A DNA stretch of 64,000 bases from Desulfobulbaceae bacterium (GCA_004332195.1 SJBG01000005.1:37563-101562); one strand, 5' to 3'; positions 49,332 to 59,771 are shown, counted from the first letter of the stretch. Numbers and translations are program-made. Notes: generated by a model not told the origin, from the letters alone.

Positions 49332-50510
49332 TCACTTCATCCGAATCGCCATGGCATCGCCATAGCTGAAAAAACGGTAACCCTGCTTGATAGCGTGGGC
49401 ATACGCTGCCAGAATCCTTTCCCTTCCGGCCAGGGCGCTAACCATAAAAAGCAGGGACGAGCGGGGCAGATGAAAATTGGTCAACAGATTATCCACCACC
49501 CGGTAGCGATAACCAGGATAGATGTAAAGATCCACCATCCCGGATCCCGAGCGGATCATGCCATCATTTTCGGCGGTTTCGGTGGCCCCGGCCGCCTCTA
49601 AGGCCCGCACCGATGTGGTGCCTATCGCCCAGATTCGGCCGCCAGCGGCCTTAGTTCGGTTAATCAGGGCCGTATCCTGCTCGGTGATGGCGTAGTATTC
49701 AGAATGAATATCGTGCTCGCGAATATCGGAGCAACGGACCGGGGCAAAAGTACCGTAGCCGACATGGAGCGTGATCTGAGCCAGATTGACCCCTTGCCCC
49801 TTAATCACGCCCAACAGCTCCTGGGTAAAATGCAGGCCAGCCGTAGGGGCCGCCACCGACCCAGTTACTTCCGCGTAAACCGTCTGGTAGCGTTGACTGT
49901 CCATGGCGCTGGCCTCATCCCGCCGGATGTAGGGCGGCAAGGGCACCTGGCCGTAACGATCAAGGCAGGCATCCAGCGCGACATTGGCGGCCGTCTCCTT
50001 CCTGCCGCCGCCATATAAAATCACTTGAACCAGTCCGTTCTCGCCTACATCGGTCACCTCGGCCTGACAATCATCAGCAAAAATCAACCGCGTCCCGACT
50101 CGAATCCTCGAGCCTTTCACTAAAGCCTGTGCCGTAAAGCGGTGACCTTCCGCTTCCCCGCTTGCGGCTCCATCGGCATTAGCCTCTTCGCGGCGGCCGC
50201 CTGCTCTTCCGGTTGCAGTCCCATTGGGACCGGCAACCACCCGGGGATATTCCAACAGCAACAGTTCGACGCGGCCGCCGCTTTGCTTGTGTCCCAACAA
50301 ACGGGCGGGGAACACTTTGGTATTATTGAAAACCAGCAGATCACCGGGGGCAAGTAAGGTCGTAAAATCGGGAAAAACACCGTCCACCAAGGTGTCACGG
50401 GGGGTGTCAAGAATCAGCAAACGTGAATCTTCACGCCGGGAAGTCGGATGTTGAGCGATCAGTTCCGGCGGCAGCACAAAATCATAATCATCCAAGGAAA
50501 AGGTAGTCAC
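49332..50510 (-). CDS. queA: SAM:tRNA ribosyltransferase-isomerase QueA
   Basis: DFVLPPELIAQHP, FNNTKVFPARL, PLPPYI, YQTVYA, AAPTAGLHF, TNFHLPRSS, YRFFSYGDAM. Confidence 0.98.
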   Translation of the reverse strand: MTTFSLDDYDFVLPPELIAQHPTSRREDSRLLILDTPRDTLVDGVFPDFTTLLAPGDLLVFNNTKVFPARLLGHKQSGGRVELLLLEYPRVVAGPNGTATGRAGGRREEANADGAASGEAEGHRFTAQALVKGSRIRVGTRLIFADDCQAEVTDVGENGLVQVILYGGGRKETAANVALDACLDRYGQVPLPPYIRRDEASAMDSQRYQTVYAEVTGSVAAPTAGLHFTQELLGVIKGQGVNLAQITLHVGYGTFAPVRCSDIREHDIHSEYYAITEQDTALINRTKAAGGRIWAIGTTSVRALEAAGATETAENDGMIRSGSGMVDLYIYPGYRYRVVDNLLTNFHLPRSSLLFMVSALAGRERILAAYAHAIKQGYRFFSYGDAMAIRMK

Positions 50511-50540
50511 TAGAGTATTGCTCCGTAGTTAGGAAAACAG

Positions 50541-50741
50541 CTAGGAAAACAGCTCGGTACGCTGGGCCAGATAGCAAAGAAAAAAACCAAATCCCAGAGC
50601 GATCAAGCCGACCCGGCGCATGGTCGCAGGCTCAACCTCCTGAATCTGCCGCAACCAGCGCTGCATGGCTTCAGGACAAGCAGCATATGGTAACGCTTCA
50701 ATAATCAAAATCAGGCCGATCAAGGTCAGCAACAGTTCCAT
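50541..50741 (-). CDS. DUF2065 / YjeT-like small membrane protein
   Basis: LIGLILIIEALPY...P......L......MRRVGL pattern. Confidence 0.8.
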   Translation of the reverse strand: MELLLTLIGLILIIEALPYAACPEAMQRWLRQIQEVEPATMRRVGLIALGFGFFLCYLAQRTELFS

Positions 50742-51060
50742 GTGAACAACATTCCCCCTTATCTGTAAAAGTGCATCAGTGCCTTTTTTGACTGAGCGCC
50801 AATATAACCGAGCAGGCTACAAGCTGCAAACTTTCGCTGACAACAAAAAAGTACCTTTATCGCCAAGTCCCTGGTAGAATGCCAGTCTTTGATCTGTCTT
50901 TTCCCGGGAAAATCCGGTTAAAAGTTGAAGATCGGCTAACACTTAACAAAAAGCCAAAACGGCCCTCTTTTCGGCGGGGGCTTTAACCTTGATTTGAGAC
51001 CAGTAAAAAGGCGAGAGACCCACGGTCACTCGAGGAGATCATCACAGAGAGGCTTTGCTT

Positions 51061-51660
51061 ATGACCACCGGCAAAACGCGGCGGGGAGAGATACGTCGTC
51101 ACACCAAGGAAACCGACATCAACCTGAGCCTGACTCTGGACAGTCGAGGCGCCGGCAACATTGGCACCGGGGTGGGTTTCATGGACCACATGCTGACTTT
51201 GTTCGCGGTTCATGGTTTTTTCGACCTGGAGATTAAGGCCAGCGGCGATATCGAGGTGGACGATCATCACACCGTCGAGGACCTGGGCATCGCCATGGGC
51301 CAGGCCTTAAAGCAGGCCTTAGGCGAAAAGGAGGGTATTCGTCGCTACGGCGCGGCGGCCGTCCCCATGGATGAAACCCTGGTCCGGGTTACCCTGGATT
51401 GCTCCAACCGCCCCTACCTCCACTACGGGGTCAAGGTCCCAGACAGCAAGGTGGGCAACTTCGATACCGCCCTGGTCAAAGAATTTCTTCAAGCATTCTC
51501 CCTCCACGGTGGTCTCACCCTGCACGTGGAGATGGTTCATGGTGAGAACAGTCACCATATTTTCGAGGCCATTTTCAAAGCCCTGGGCCGCGCTCTGGAC
51601 CAGGCCGTCACCTTTGAGCCCCGCCTGCAAGGACCACTGTCATCCAAGGGGGTACTCTAG
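51061..51660 (+). CDS. hisB: Imidazoleglycerol-phosphate dehydratase
   Basis: RHTKETDI, GFMDHML, DDHHTVED, PMDE, NSHHIFEAIFKA, SSKGVL. Confidence 0.98.
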   Translation: MTTGKTRRGEIRRHTKETDINLSLTLDSRGAGNIGTGVGFMDHMLTLFAVHGFFDLEIKASGDIEVDDHHTVEDLGIAMGQALKQALGEKEGIRRYGAAAVPMDETLVRVTLDCSNRPYLHYGVKVPDSKVGNFDTALVKEFLQAFSLHGGLTLHVEMVHGENSHHIFEAIFKALGRALDQAVTFEPRLQGPLSSKGVL

Positions 51661-51801
51661 GCCACCTTGAAAAATTGCTCTTTCGCCCGATTTCTGCGTT
51701 ATGCTCAAAAAATTATCCTCGGAATATCAACCTTAATGCCTGCGGTAATTTTTTTCGCATGTCTTAAACTCGAACAAAATAGCTAATTTTTCAAGGTGGC
51801 A
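51660..51801 (-). mobile_element. MITE copy 4 (inverted; one TIR imperfect, no clear TSD)
   Basis: GGCCACCTTGAAAAATTGCTC...AGCTAATTTTTCAAGGTGGCA, the reverse complement of the other copies. Its first G completes the hisB TAG stop. Confidence 0.9.
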
Positions 51802-51966
51802 GCCTGCCTGGAACATCCGGAATGCACCAAGGACCCGCGGTCTGATCTGAAGTCCACCAAGGATCTCAGAAGTCCGGGGTCTGATCCGGCATCAGATCTG
51901 GCTAAGAGCCCGGCGCCAGGCCAGGCAATTGCCGTGGCCGGCGGTACCCGCCTGAAGACCGCCCTT

Positions 51967-52980
51967 TCAACTCAACCTGGCCATATCCTTAGCAAAATAA
52001 CTAAGAATAATATCGGCTCCGGCCCGCCGAATGGCCAGTAGACTTTCAACCATCACCCGCTCTTCGTCCAGCCAACCTTTGGCGGCGGCGGCCTTGAGCA
52101 TGGCGTATTCACCGCTGACCTGGTAGGCGGCAAGGGGGTGATCAAACTCGTCGCGGAGCATCCGGATGATATCGAGATAAGCCATGGCTGGCTTGACCAT
52201 CAAAATATCGGCGCCTTCCTCCAGATCCAGGGTGGCTTCGCGCAAAGCCTCGCGGCTGTTGGCCGGGTCCATCTGATAGCCCCGCCGGTCACCCTCCTGA
52301 GGAGCGCAATCGGCAGCCTCGCGAAATGGTCCGTAAAAGGCCGAGGCATATTTGACGGCACAGGACATAATCGCCACCTGATCAAAATTGTCCTGATCCA
52401 GCGCCGCCCGAATTGCCCCCACCCGACCATCCATCATGTCCGAGGGTGCGACAATATCGGCTCCCGCCATGGCATGTGATCGGGCGATCCGGGCCAGAAC
52501 CTCCAAGGTGGCATCGTTATCCACCTGCTGGTTATGGATAATCCCACAATGGCCGTGGCTGGTATACTCACAAAGACAAACATCGGTGATCACGGTTAAC
52601 TCCGGGGCCTTATTCTTCAACTCTTTGATCGCCCGTTGAACGATACCATCGGTCCCGTGAGCCGCCCCGTGAGCCGCCCCGTGAGCCGCCCCATGGGCCC
52701 CAGAACCCACCCGATCTTTTTTTTCCGGCAAACCAAAGAGGAGCAAGCTGTTGATTCCCAAACCCCGGCATTCCTGGGCTTCCTTGGCCAACTGATCCAC
52801 CGACAGACGAAAAACCCCAGGCATGGAGGAAATTTCCTCCCGCTTTTGCTTACCGGGCATCACAAAAAGGGGATAAATCAATTGAGCCGGGCTCAAAACA
52901 GTTTCCCGCACCAGGGCGCGGAGGTTCTCGTTGCGCCGCAACCGACGGGGTCGATATTCAGGATAAATCATAATCTGCAA
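51967..52980 (-). CDS. hemB: Porphobilinogen synthase (Zn type)
   Basis: [56 protein letters not shown]. Confidence 0.98.
   Translation of the reverse strand: MQIMIYPEYRPRRLRRNENLRALVRETVLSPAQLIYPLFVMPGKQKREEISSMPGVFRLSVDQLAKEAQECRGLGINSLLLFGLPEKKDRVGSGAHGAAHGAAHGAAHGTDGIVQRAIKELKNKAPELTVITDVCLCEYTSHGHCGIIHNQQVDNDATLEVLARIARSHAMAGADIVAPSDMMDGRVGAIRAALDQDNFDQVAIMSCAVKYASAFYGPFREAADCAPQEGDRRGYQMDPANSREALREATLDLEEGADILMVKPAMAYLDIIRMLRDEFDHPLAAYQVSGEYAMLKAAAAKGWLDEERVMVESLLAIRRAGADIILSYFAKDMARLS
52654..52701. repeat. 12-bp tandem repeat inside hemB (3 perfect + 1 degenerate)
   Basis: cccgtgagccgc x3, encoding [16 protein letters not shown]. Confidence 0.93.
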
Positions 52981-53039
52981 CTCCTTAGTGAAAAGCGAAA
53001 CAGCCGAAGGTCAACTTGCGGCAAGCAGCTAGTGTCGTG

Positions 53040-54839
53040 TCAATCCAGCTTGAAGGCTTTACTCACCGCCTGGTCGATAAAATTATCCGGGGCATCAATC
53101 CCGGCGGCCGAAATGAGCAACTCAACCGTTTTACTTCGCTGACTAAGTAAGCGCAGCCCATGCTCCATGGTTTGCAAAACCTGGTCGCAGACCTGGTTGA
53201 CCGAGGCCTTATTCCGAGGGTGACGAGCCAGGATTCGATCCATTGCGCCCTCACTAAAGGATAAGGTCAGGCCGCAATGCACCGAGATTTTATGAGCTCG
53301 CTCATTGATCAGGCCTATCAGGCCGACGAAGCGTTGACAAACCTCCCGGGGCTCCAGATCTTCTCCTTCCACATCTAGAGCCATCATCCGCAACCGCTCT
53401 GGTGTCAACAAAACATCATGACAGTCCATATAGTCCCCCAGCTTGTCGCAAATAAAGTCCATCATGCCTTGGAGTTCCACCTCCGCCAGTTTAGCGCATT
53501 GTTCGACATGCAGGCGGCGATAATCGACGTCCTTAAACAGTTTGGTCAGCACCGCCGTCGGGTCGGCTACCAGTTGGGCATCAACCACCAAGTGGTGGAT
53601 ATCGCTGGAGGGCAGTCTTCTCTCAAAGTGGAGCAGTACTCGTTCCGTCACGCTAACCAGGGCTCGGGCCCCGGTACGTTCGAGGGCGGCCAGGGCGGCG
53701 ATTTGCCTTAGAGCCTCGTCGGTAAAACGTAAGTCAATGCCGTAGGCCCGAAAATCCTGTTTTTTGCCTATCACCACCGTGCTGTTTGGGTTGCTTAAAA
53801 TGGCGTAAAGATCATCCTCGCTCAACCCAGCAAGAACCGCCACCACCGGCAAACGGCCGACAAACTCCCCTTCAAAACCATAAGTCACCAGGTCTTCGGC
53901 CTTGACTTTGGCAAGAAAGGTTCCGGGATTAAGCATCGCAGCGGCCACCGTACTCTCAAATCCGATGGAGCGCTGCTGCAAACGCCGCTGAACAATCTTC
54001 TCTAAACCATCAAAAACGCCACTCATGATAAAAAGGATATGACGGGTATTGATACTTTGGCGACGACGTTTGCCGGTAAGACGGTAATGTTCCATGGCCT
54101 CGATCATCGAAACGGGATCGTGCGGCACCCTCATTTCCACCTCGGTTTCCTCCATAGGCTTAAGCAAAGCCCGCTGGACTCCGCTGCGGGAGACATCCAG
54201 ACCCCGCTGCAGCTCGCCTCCACTGGCGATTTTATCAATCTCGTCAAGATAAATAATGCCGAACTGGGCCCGTTGCAGGTTATTGTCGGACTCCCGGACC
54301 AGATCGCGAATCAAGTCTTCAACATCACCGCCGACATAGCCGGTTTCGCTGAATTTGGTGGCATCTCCTTTAACAAAAGGCACTCCAATGTAACGGGCGA
54401 TCAACTTGATCAGAAATGTTTTACCAACCCCGGTGGGACCGATCAGCAGTACGTTGTTTTTGGTTCGGCCAACATTACGACCGCCCGACTTCCCACCAGG
54501 GCGAGCCAGAGAGCGACTGATCCGATTGAAATGGGTGCAGATTTTGGTGGCTAAAATGGCCTTGGCTTCGTCTTGGCCCACCACGTATTGATCAAGGTGG
54601 TTGATCAATTCCTCGGGGGGCAAATCGAAGTGGAATGCCGGCTCCTCTGTCGTCAGGCTGACACCCTCATTATCATCCTCGTTGGTTAAAGGAAATTGAC
54701 CGGTGGAAACAATCCTCACCCTTCTACCGTATTTATTGCTCAAATATGCGCTAATTTCCCGCTCCAGCTCTTTTTGGTCGGGGAAAGTCGCATTCTTGGT
54801 ATCCGGCGTATCATTGACATCTTGGGGAATATCACTCAT
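53040..54839 (-). CDS. ClpX-like AAA+ ATPase with no N-terminal Zn domain and a long C-terminal extension
   Basis: [44 protein letters not shown] loop, EFVGRLP, TGARAL. Confidence 0.85.
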   Translation of the reverse strand: MSDIPQDVNDTPDTKNATFPDQKELEREISAYLSNKYGRRVRIVSTGQFPLTNEDDNEGVSLTTEEPAFHFDLPPEELINHLDQYVVGQDEAKAILATKICTHFNRISRSLARPGGKSGGRNVGRTKNNVLLIGPTGVGKTFLIKLIARYIGVPFVKGDATKFSETGYVGGDVEDLIRDLVRESDNNLQRAQFGIIYLDEIDKIASGGELQRGLDVSRSGVQRALLKPMEETEVEMRVPHDPVSMIEAMEHYRLTGKRRRQSINTRHILFIMSGVFDGLEKIVQRRLQQRSIGFESTVAAAMLNPGTFLAKVKAEDLVTYGFEGEFVGRLPVVAVLAGLSEDDLYAILSNPNSTVVIGKKQDFRAYGIDLRFTDEALRQIAALAALERTGARALVSVTERVLLHFERRLPSSDIHHLVVDAQLVADPTAVLTKLFKDVDYRRLHVEQCAKLAEVELQGMMDFICDKLGDYMDCHDVLLTPERLRMMALDVEGEDLEPREVCQRFVGLIGLINERAHKISVHCGLTLSFSEGAMDRILARHPRNKASVNQVCDQVLQTMEHGLRLLSQRSKTVELLISAAGIDAPDNFIDQAVSKAFKLD

Positions 54840-55065
54840 GGCTGTCCCATAATGACGGCGCGTTGTCGAAGTTCACCAACACCCCATCTTCGCCCATCTT
54901 GGCCTTCTTTACGTGGCAAACTACGCTTCGGAGTCCCAAGTGCGCGAAGCTGAAGCGCTGGTAAACTTTTACAGCTCTTAATTTCGCTAAATTCAATGGC
55001 CCTAACATACTATCACGCGCGGTTAATTTTGGACGAACTTAAAAATCTCTAAAGCGCACAGCAAA

Positions 55066-56040
55066 TCACGCTATAGCCAGTTCCTTTATTTTTCTATGGA
55101 GGTGGCTGCGTTCAAGACCGATTTGCTCCGCCGTCTGGCTGATATTACCACGATTGTCCTTAAGACACATCCGCAAATATTTTCGCTCAAAAACCTGCTT
55201 GGCATCCCGATAATTCAGATGGCGAAATTCTTCGCCAAACCGCTCAAGACCAACCGCGCTACCTTGGGCGGGCGCCGCTAACGAAGAGGAGGTAATGTTC
55301 AACAAGTTTCGGATCGATTCCGCGGAGATTAATGTTTCTGAACTCATGATCAAGCTCCGCTCGATAAAGTTGCGCAACTCCCGAACATTGCCCGGCCAGC
55401 CGTACTCCTGCATGACCACCAGAGACTCCGGGGCAAACTCCTTGCCGCTTAGGCCCTTGCGACTGCATTCCTGCAAAAAGTCGGCCACCAGCAGGGGGAT
55501 GTCCTCGAGCCGCTGGCGCAGCGGCGGCACAAACATTCGCTTGGGTTTGCAAGCTCATATCGCCAATTTCGTCGAGGAACAACAGGCCACCGTCAGCAAG
55601 ATCAAACTTGCCGCGCCGGGCCGTGACCGCCCCGGTAAAAGATCCCTTTTCATGGCCAAAAAGCTCACTTTCAATCAGCTCTTCGGGAATGGCGGCGCAG
55701 TTAAGTTCCACCATGGGCCGATGCACCGCAAGTGAAAGCCGATGGATGGTCTGGGCCACCAACTCCTTGCCGGTCCCGTGCTCTCCGCGCACGAGAACCC
55801 AGGCATCGGTGGGGGCCACCAGCTCAATTTGACGGCGAAGATTGTTAATGACCGCGGAGTTGCCGGTCAAAACGTGCCGTTTGACCTGCTGTCGAAGAAT
55901 GGAGTTTTCCTCCTCCAGCCTGGAGAGCCGCAGGGCATTGTTGATCGCCAAAATAATCTTATCATACGAGAGCGGTTTTTCAACAAAGTCATAAGCCCCC
56001 AGGCGCGTGGCCTGCACTGCGGTTTCAATAGTACCGTGAT
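55066..56040 (-). pseudogene. ntrX: NtrX-like sigma-54 response regulator, truncated and internally deleted
   Basis: Begins abruptly at HGTIETAV (mid-receiver). GEHGTGKE, NCAAIP, ESELFGHEKGSFTGA and FLDEIGD are present. QTQA is then joined out of frame to FVPPLR near 55536. WPGNVREL and the Fis HTH (QTAEQIGLERSHLHRKI) follow. Confidence 0.88.
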
Positions 56041-57324
56041 TGGAGAATGGTTTCGGTGTAGCGTCGACGTTGGTCCAACTCCATCGTGGTCTGGTCAATC
56101 TGGTGGCGGCCGTTGAGCAAGTCCCGAGTCATCAGGTTAAAAGAGTCAGCCAAGATTCCCATCTCATCGCCCGAGGTTTTTTCCAAAACAAAGTCAAGCT
56201 CTCCCTCCGTTACCAGCCGGGTGGCCGCGGCCAGCTTTTGGATCGGGCCGGTAAGGCCCGCGGCCACATAAAAGCCAAACCAGATGGCGCAAAAAAACAA
56301 TAAGCAGGGTGACGATCAACAAAGTAACCAGCAAGCTGGTTTTAATCGGAGTCTGGAACACCATCAGTTGGCGATAACCTTCCAGACCCGAGGAGATGAT
56401 GGCCATCCGCTCAAGAAGTTCGGTCGGGATCAGACGGGAAAGGACCAGAACCGCTAGCTCCCCCTCGCGGCCAGTCAGAGCGAACGGGGTGAGGCTGCGC
56501 ACCAGTTACCCGGTCGCCACTTCCTGGATCACCACCTGGCCACCCGCGCCGGCCAGGGCCCCGCGCAGCATCTCCCCCGGAAGCTCCGGCAAATTGGCGG
56601 CCACTATCGGCTGGTAAATGGCCAGCAGACTGTTGTGCTCCTGCCCAATGATTTCGATTCCGCTCAAACCGTAGCTGACCAGCGTATCGCCCAAAAAAAA
56701 GGTTCCATCTCGGTGACGAGCACAAAACGTTGACGATCGGATTGCAACTGATCGGCAATGACCTCACCCTCGCGGATGGTCTCGGCCTGAGTTTCCCGAT
56801 AAACATCACGAGCCACTTCCAGGGATTCGACCAGAGAGTGCTCGACGTTGATGTTGAACCAGTAATCCATGCTGGCGGAGATGAACTGCAGGGAAACCAA
56901 AAAGAGCAACCCGGTGGGGATCAGCGACAAGGAAATAAAGGAGATAACTAACTTGGTTCGTAGTTTGGCCCCCAGCACTTGGCCGGCGCCGTTCAAAAAC
57001 CAATTCCACCAAGTTGCGCAGCACCAGAAAAATCACCGTCACCAGCAACAGGAGGTTAATGTTAATCATGACGAAGATCAACAAGTTGCCGCTGATCGGC
57101 AGCTCAAGCTCGCCCAGCTTAAAAATCCTGGTCTCAAGAAAAATCGAAAGCGCCAAAAAGAACAGACAGACAAAAATGATCCAGCGCAAGCGCCGCTGCC
57201 GTCGGCGTCGGCGATCACCCCTCGATCCTCCCTCACCCATCACTTCAGGGCGATTTTCCGCAGACCACACCTCTTTTGCCTGAATATTTTCCCGGAGCTT
57301 GCCAGTCATCTTTGTTACGTTCAA
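56040..57324 (-). pseudogene. ntrY: NtrY-like sensor kinase, fragmented and C-terminally deleted
   Basis: Fragments: KLRTKLVISF...PTGLLF...S.DYWF; GYRQL..FQTPIK; HAMP GPIQKLAAATR...DEMGILADSFN.M; YTETILQ. Frameshifts near 56981, 56693-56700 and 56291-56297, and an in-frame TAA at 56506-56508. PAS, HisKA and HATPase domains are absent. Confidence 0.88.
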
Positions 57325-57384
57325 AATTTAATTACGGCCTGACAGGAAAGCGCTAACCGCTTTTTCAATTATGCTTCGCCTAAT

Positions 57385-57524
57385 GGCTACCTTGAAAAAT
57401 TAGCTATTTTGTTCGAGTTCAAGGCATGAAAAAAAATTACCGCAGGCATCTGGTTGATATTCCGAGGATAATTTTTTGAACATAACGCAGAAATCGGGCG
57501 AAAGAGCAATTTTTCAAGGTGGCC
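57385..57524 (+). mobile_element. MITE copy 5 (140 bp, TSD TAAT)
   Basis: TAAT-GGCTACCTTGAAAAATT...AATTTTTCAAGGTGGCC-TAAT. Confidence 0.93.
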
Positions 57525-58118
57525 TAATAACGGAACTCAACACGGTGCCAGTCGGTTTCAAAACTCCATAAACGACGGAAGGGCAGCAACCGATTAAGAC
57601 CCAGAGGCCATTTTTTCTCGGCCAGGCGAACCTTGATCTGCAGAATGTAGGCTTGATCATAAGTCAATTCCGCTAAAGGTATCAGCGCCAGACCACTGAC
57701 TTGAGTCATCAATTTTCGAGCCTCGACCAACGAGGCGGACGGCGCGGGGTTTTTCTCCTTTTTCTTCGCGCAGCACCAAGTACTCATCTTTAAGACTATC
57801 GTAACTTAAACGATGATTAAACTCCAGGCTAACCAGGCGCTGATTCAGCCAACCGGGACGTTGCCGTTCAAGTTCGACAAAGAAGGTAAAAGTTAGAGGC
57901 AGACCACTCTTAACCCCTTGTTCCATCTCCGGGGTTATAGCTTCGATTACCTGAAAAAAAGCAGGACATCAGTTTGAGAATTGGTCACCACCACCTCGTC
58001 GATCCCGGCCACAGAGGCAGAGGCGGACGCCATTATCCCCAGGCTAAAAAAGGGCAACGACAGCATTAAAACTAACAAATATCGCAAGGGCTTGATCCTC
58101 TTTAAAAAAACGCTGCAT
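57524..58118 (-). pseudogene. DUF4390-family exported protein, frameshifted
   Basis: Pieces in different frames: signal peptide + VVTNSQTDVLLF; EMEQGVKSGLPLTFTF...L.YDSLKDEY; EARKLMTQV...WSFETDWH. Usual position upstream of ntrYX. Confidence 0.75.
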
Positions 58119-58127
58119 GGGTCTACT

Positions 58128-59771
58128 TTATTGCCGGACTTTCAGCACCGCACGGCGGGCTTGAGCCAGCAGGGGTGGAAAAGTTTCAGGGTTCAAGGCG
58201 CTGACCATGATTGCGTCATAGCCGGCGGCTTGAGCCTTGAGCCAATCTTGGTCTAACACCTCATCAATTTTGTTGAAAACGGTCAGGCGTGGCAACTCGG
58301 CCAACTTCAATTCCCGCAAGAGCTCTTCCACCACCTTGATCTGTTCAGCAAAACGGGGATTGCTGATATCTACCAGGTGAATCAAGACATCGGCCTCACC
58401 CAGCTCTTCCAAGGTGGCCTTAAAGGCCTGAAGCAACTCGGCGGGCAGATGACGAATAAAACCGACGGTGTCGGTGATAATAACCTCCATTTCCTCGGGA
58501 AAACGGAGGCGACGACTGGTTGGATCCAGAGTGGCAAACAGTTTATCCTCGACTAAAATATTGCTTCCGGTAAGGGCGTTTAGGAGGGTGGACTTGCCGG
58601 CATTGGTGTAACCAACCAAAGAGAGCACCGGAATTTTCTTTTTGCGACGCCGCTCGCGGCGGCGGTAGCGCTCCTGGCTGACCGCCTGAAGTTCGGCGGT
58701 TAACTTGGCAAGCCGATCGCGAATCCGGCGGCGATCAATTTCCAGCCGGGTTTCCCCCGGGCCGCGGCCACCGATTCCCCCGGTGAGGCGGGAAAGGGCA
58801 TCATCGCGAGCGCCGAGCCGAGGCATCAGATACTTAAGCTGGGCCATTTCGATCTGGAGTTTACCCTCCCGGCTCAAGGCCCGTCGGGCGAAGATATCTA
58901 GGATCAACTGGGTGCGATCGATCACTCGCATTTCGGTATGATCGGTGACCGAACGGACCTGAGAGGGGTTCAGTTCCTGATCGAAAATCAGCAGGTTGGC
59001 GTTTAGTTGCAGGGCTTGGAGCATGATTTCCCCCAGCTTACCCCGACCCAAGATGAAACGGGGATTGATTTTATCCCGACGTTGAATCACCGTAGCTAAC
59101 GTCAGCACCCCAGCTGAAGAGGCCAACTCCACCAGTTCGGCCATGGATTCCGCCGCCTGACGCCGCGAGGCCCGGCTGACACTGACCAAGATGGCCCGGT
59201 CTTTTCCTTGATCGACCGCACGGATCGGCCGTAGACGGCTGAACTCGCTCTCAAGCGAGGTGATCAACTCCCGTAAGCCATCAGGTTGCCGAGAAAGCTG
59301 TCGGGGCGGCAGGACCTCCCAGGCAACAGATGTTGGGGACCAGGCGCCGGGGGCAAAAGCTTTGAGATGGGCGCTGTGCAACTTGCCGGGCAAACCCTGG
59401 ACATCAACCTCTAGAACACTCATTAAATCAAGGCGCAGCAAGAGCATATCCATAAAATCATCCGGGGTCAAACCATCGCCGCTTAAATTGGTGTGCAGGC
59501 AACGTAAGCCCCGCAAACGCGCCCCGGAAACCCGACTCTGGCCTAAGGCCGGGATCATGATAGAGCGGTGATCCCCGACCAGAACCAATTCCACCTGACC
59601 GGCCCGATCGATGATTAAGCCAAGCTGACGGCCAATTTCCCGGGAAAGAGCCGCCAGGGAGCGGGCCAGCTCAGGGCTGATAGTCTGATTCGGCCCCAGC
59701 CGTCGCTGTCCCAGGCGCTCCAGCATTTTCAATTGAGCCGGTTTCAACCCGGCGGTATTACCACTTAACAT
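58128..59771 (-). CDS. hflX: GTPase HflX with N-terminal extension
   Basis: DRTQLILDIFARRA.SREGKLQIE.AQL.Y, GGRGPGETRLEIDRR, GYTNAGKST, FATLDPT, DTVGFI, NKID. Confidence 0.96.
   Translation of the reverse strand: MLSGNTAGLKPAQLKMLERLGQRRLGPNQTISPELARSLAALSREIGRQLGLIIDRAGQVELVLVGDHRSIMIPALGQSRVSGARLRGLRCLHTNLSGDGLTPDDFMDMLLLRLDLMSVLEVDVQGLPGKLHSAHLKAFAPGAWSPTSVAWEVLPPRQLSRQPDGLRELITSLESEFSRLRPIRAVDQGKDRAILVSVSRASRRQAAESMAELVELASSAGVLTLATVIQRRDKINPRFILGRGKLGEIMLQALQLNANLLIFDQELNPSQVRSVTDHTEMRVIDRTQLILDIFARRALSREGKLQIEMAQLKYLMPRLGARDDALSRLTGGIGGRGPGETRLEIDRRRIRDRLAKLTAELQAVSQERYRRRERRRKKKIPVLSLVGYTNAGKSTLLNALTGSNILVEDKLFATLDPTSRRLRFPEEMEVIITDTVGFIRHLPAELLQAFKATLEELGEADVLIHLVDISNPRFAEQIKVVEELLRELKLAELPRLTVFNKIDEVLDQDWLKAQAAGYDAIMVSALNPETFPPLLAQARRAVLKVRQ

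Noticed and set aside
12951-52701. CRISPR array
   Set aside because: All repeats are 7-18-bp head-to-tail units without unique spacers, and there are no cas genes.
56040-57324. Programmed frameshifting or phase variation of ntrY at homopolymer runs
   Set aside because: The gene also has a nonsense codon and lacks its kinase domains, so slippage could not restore function.
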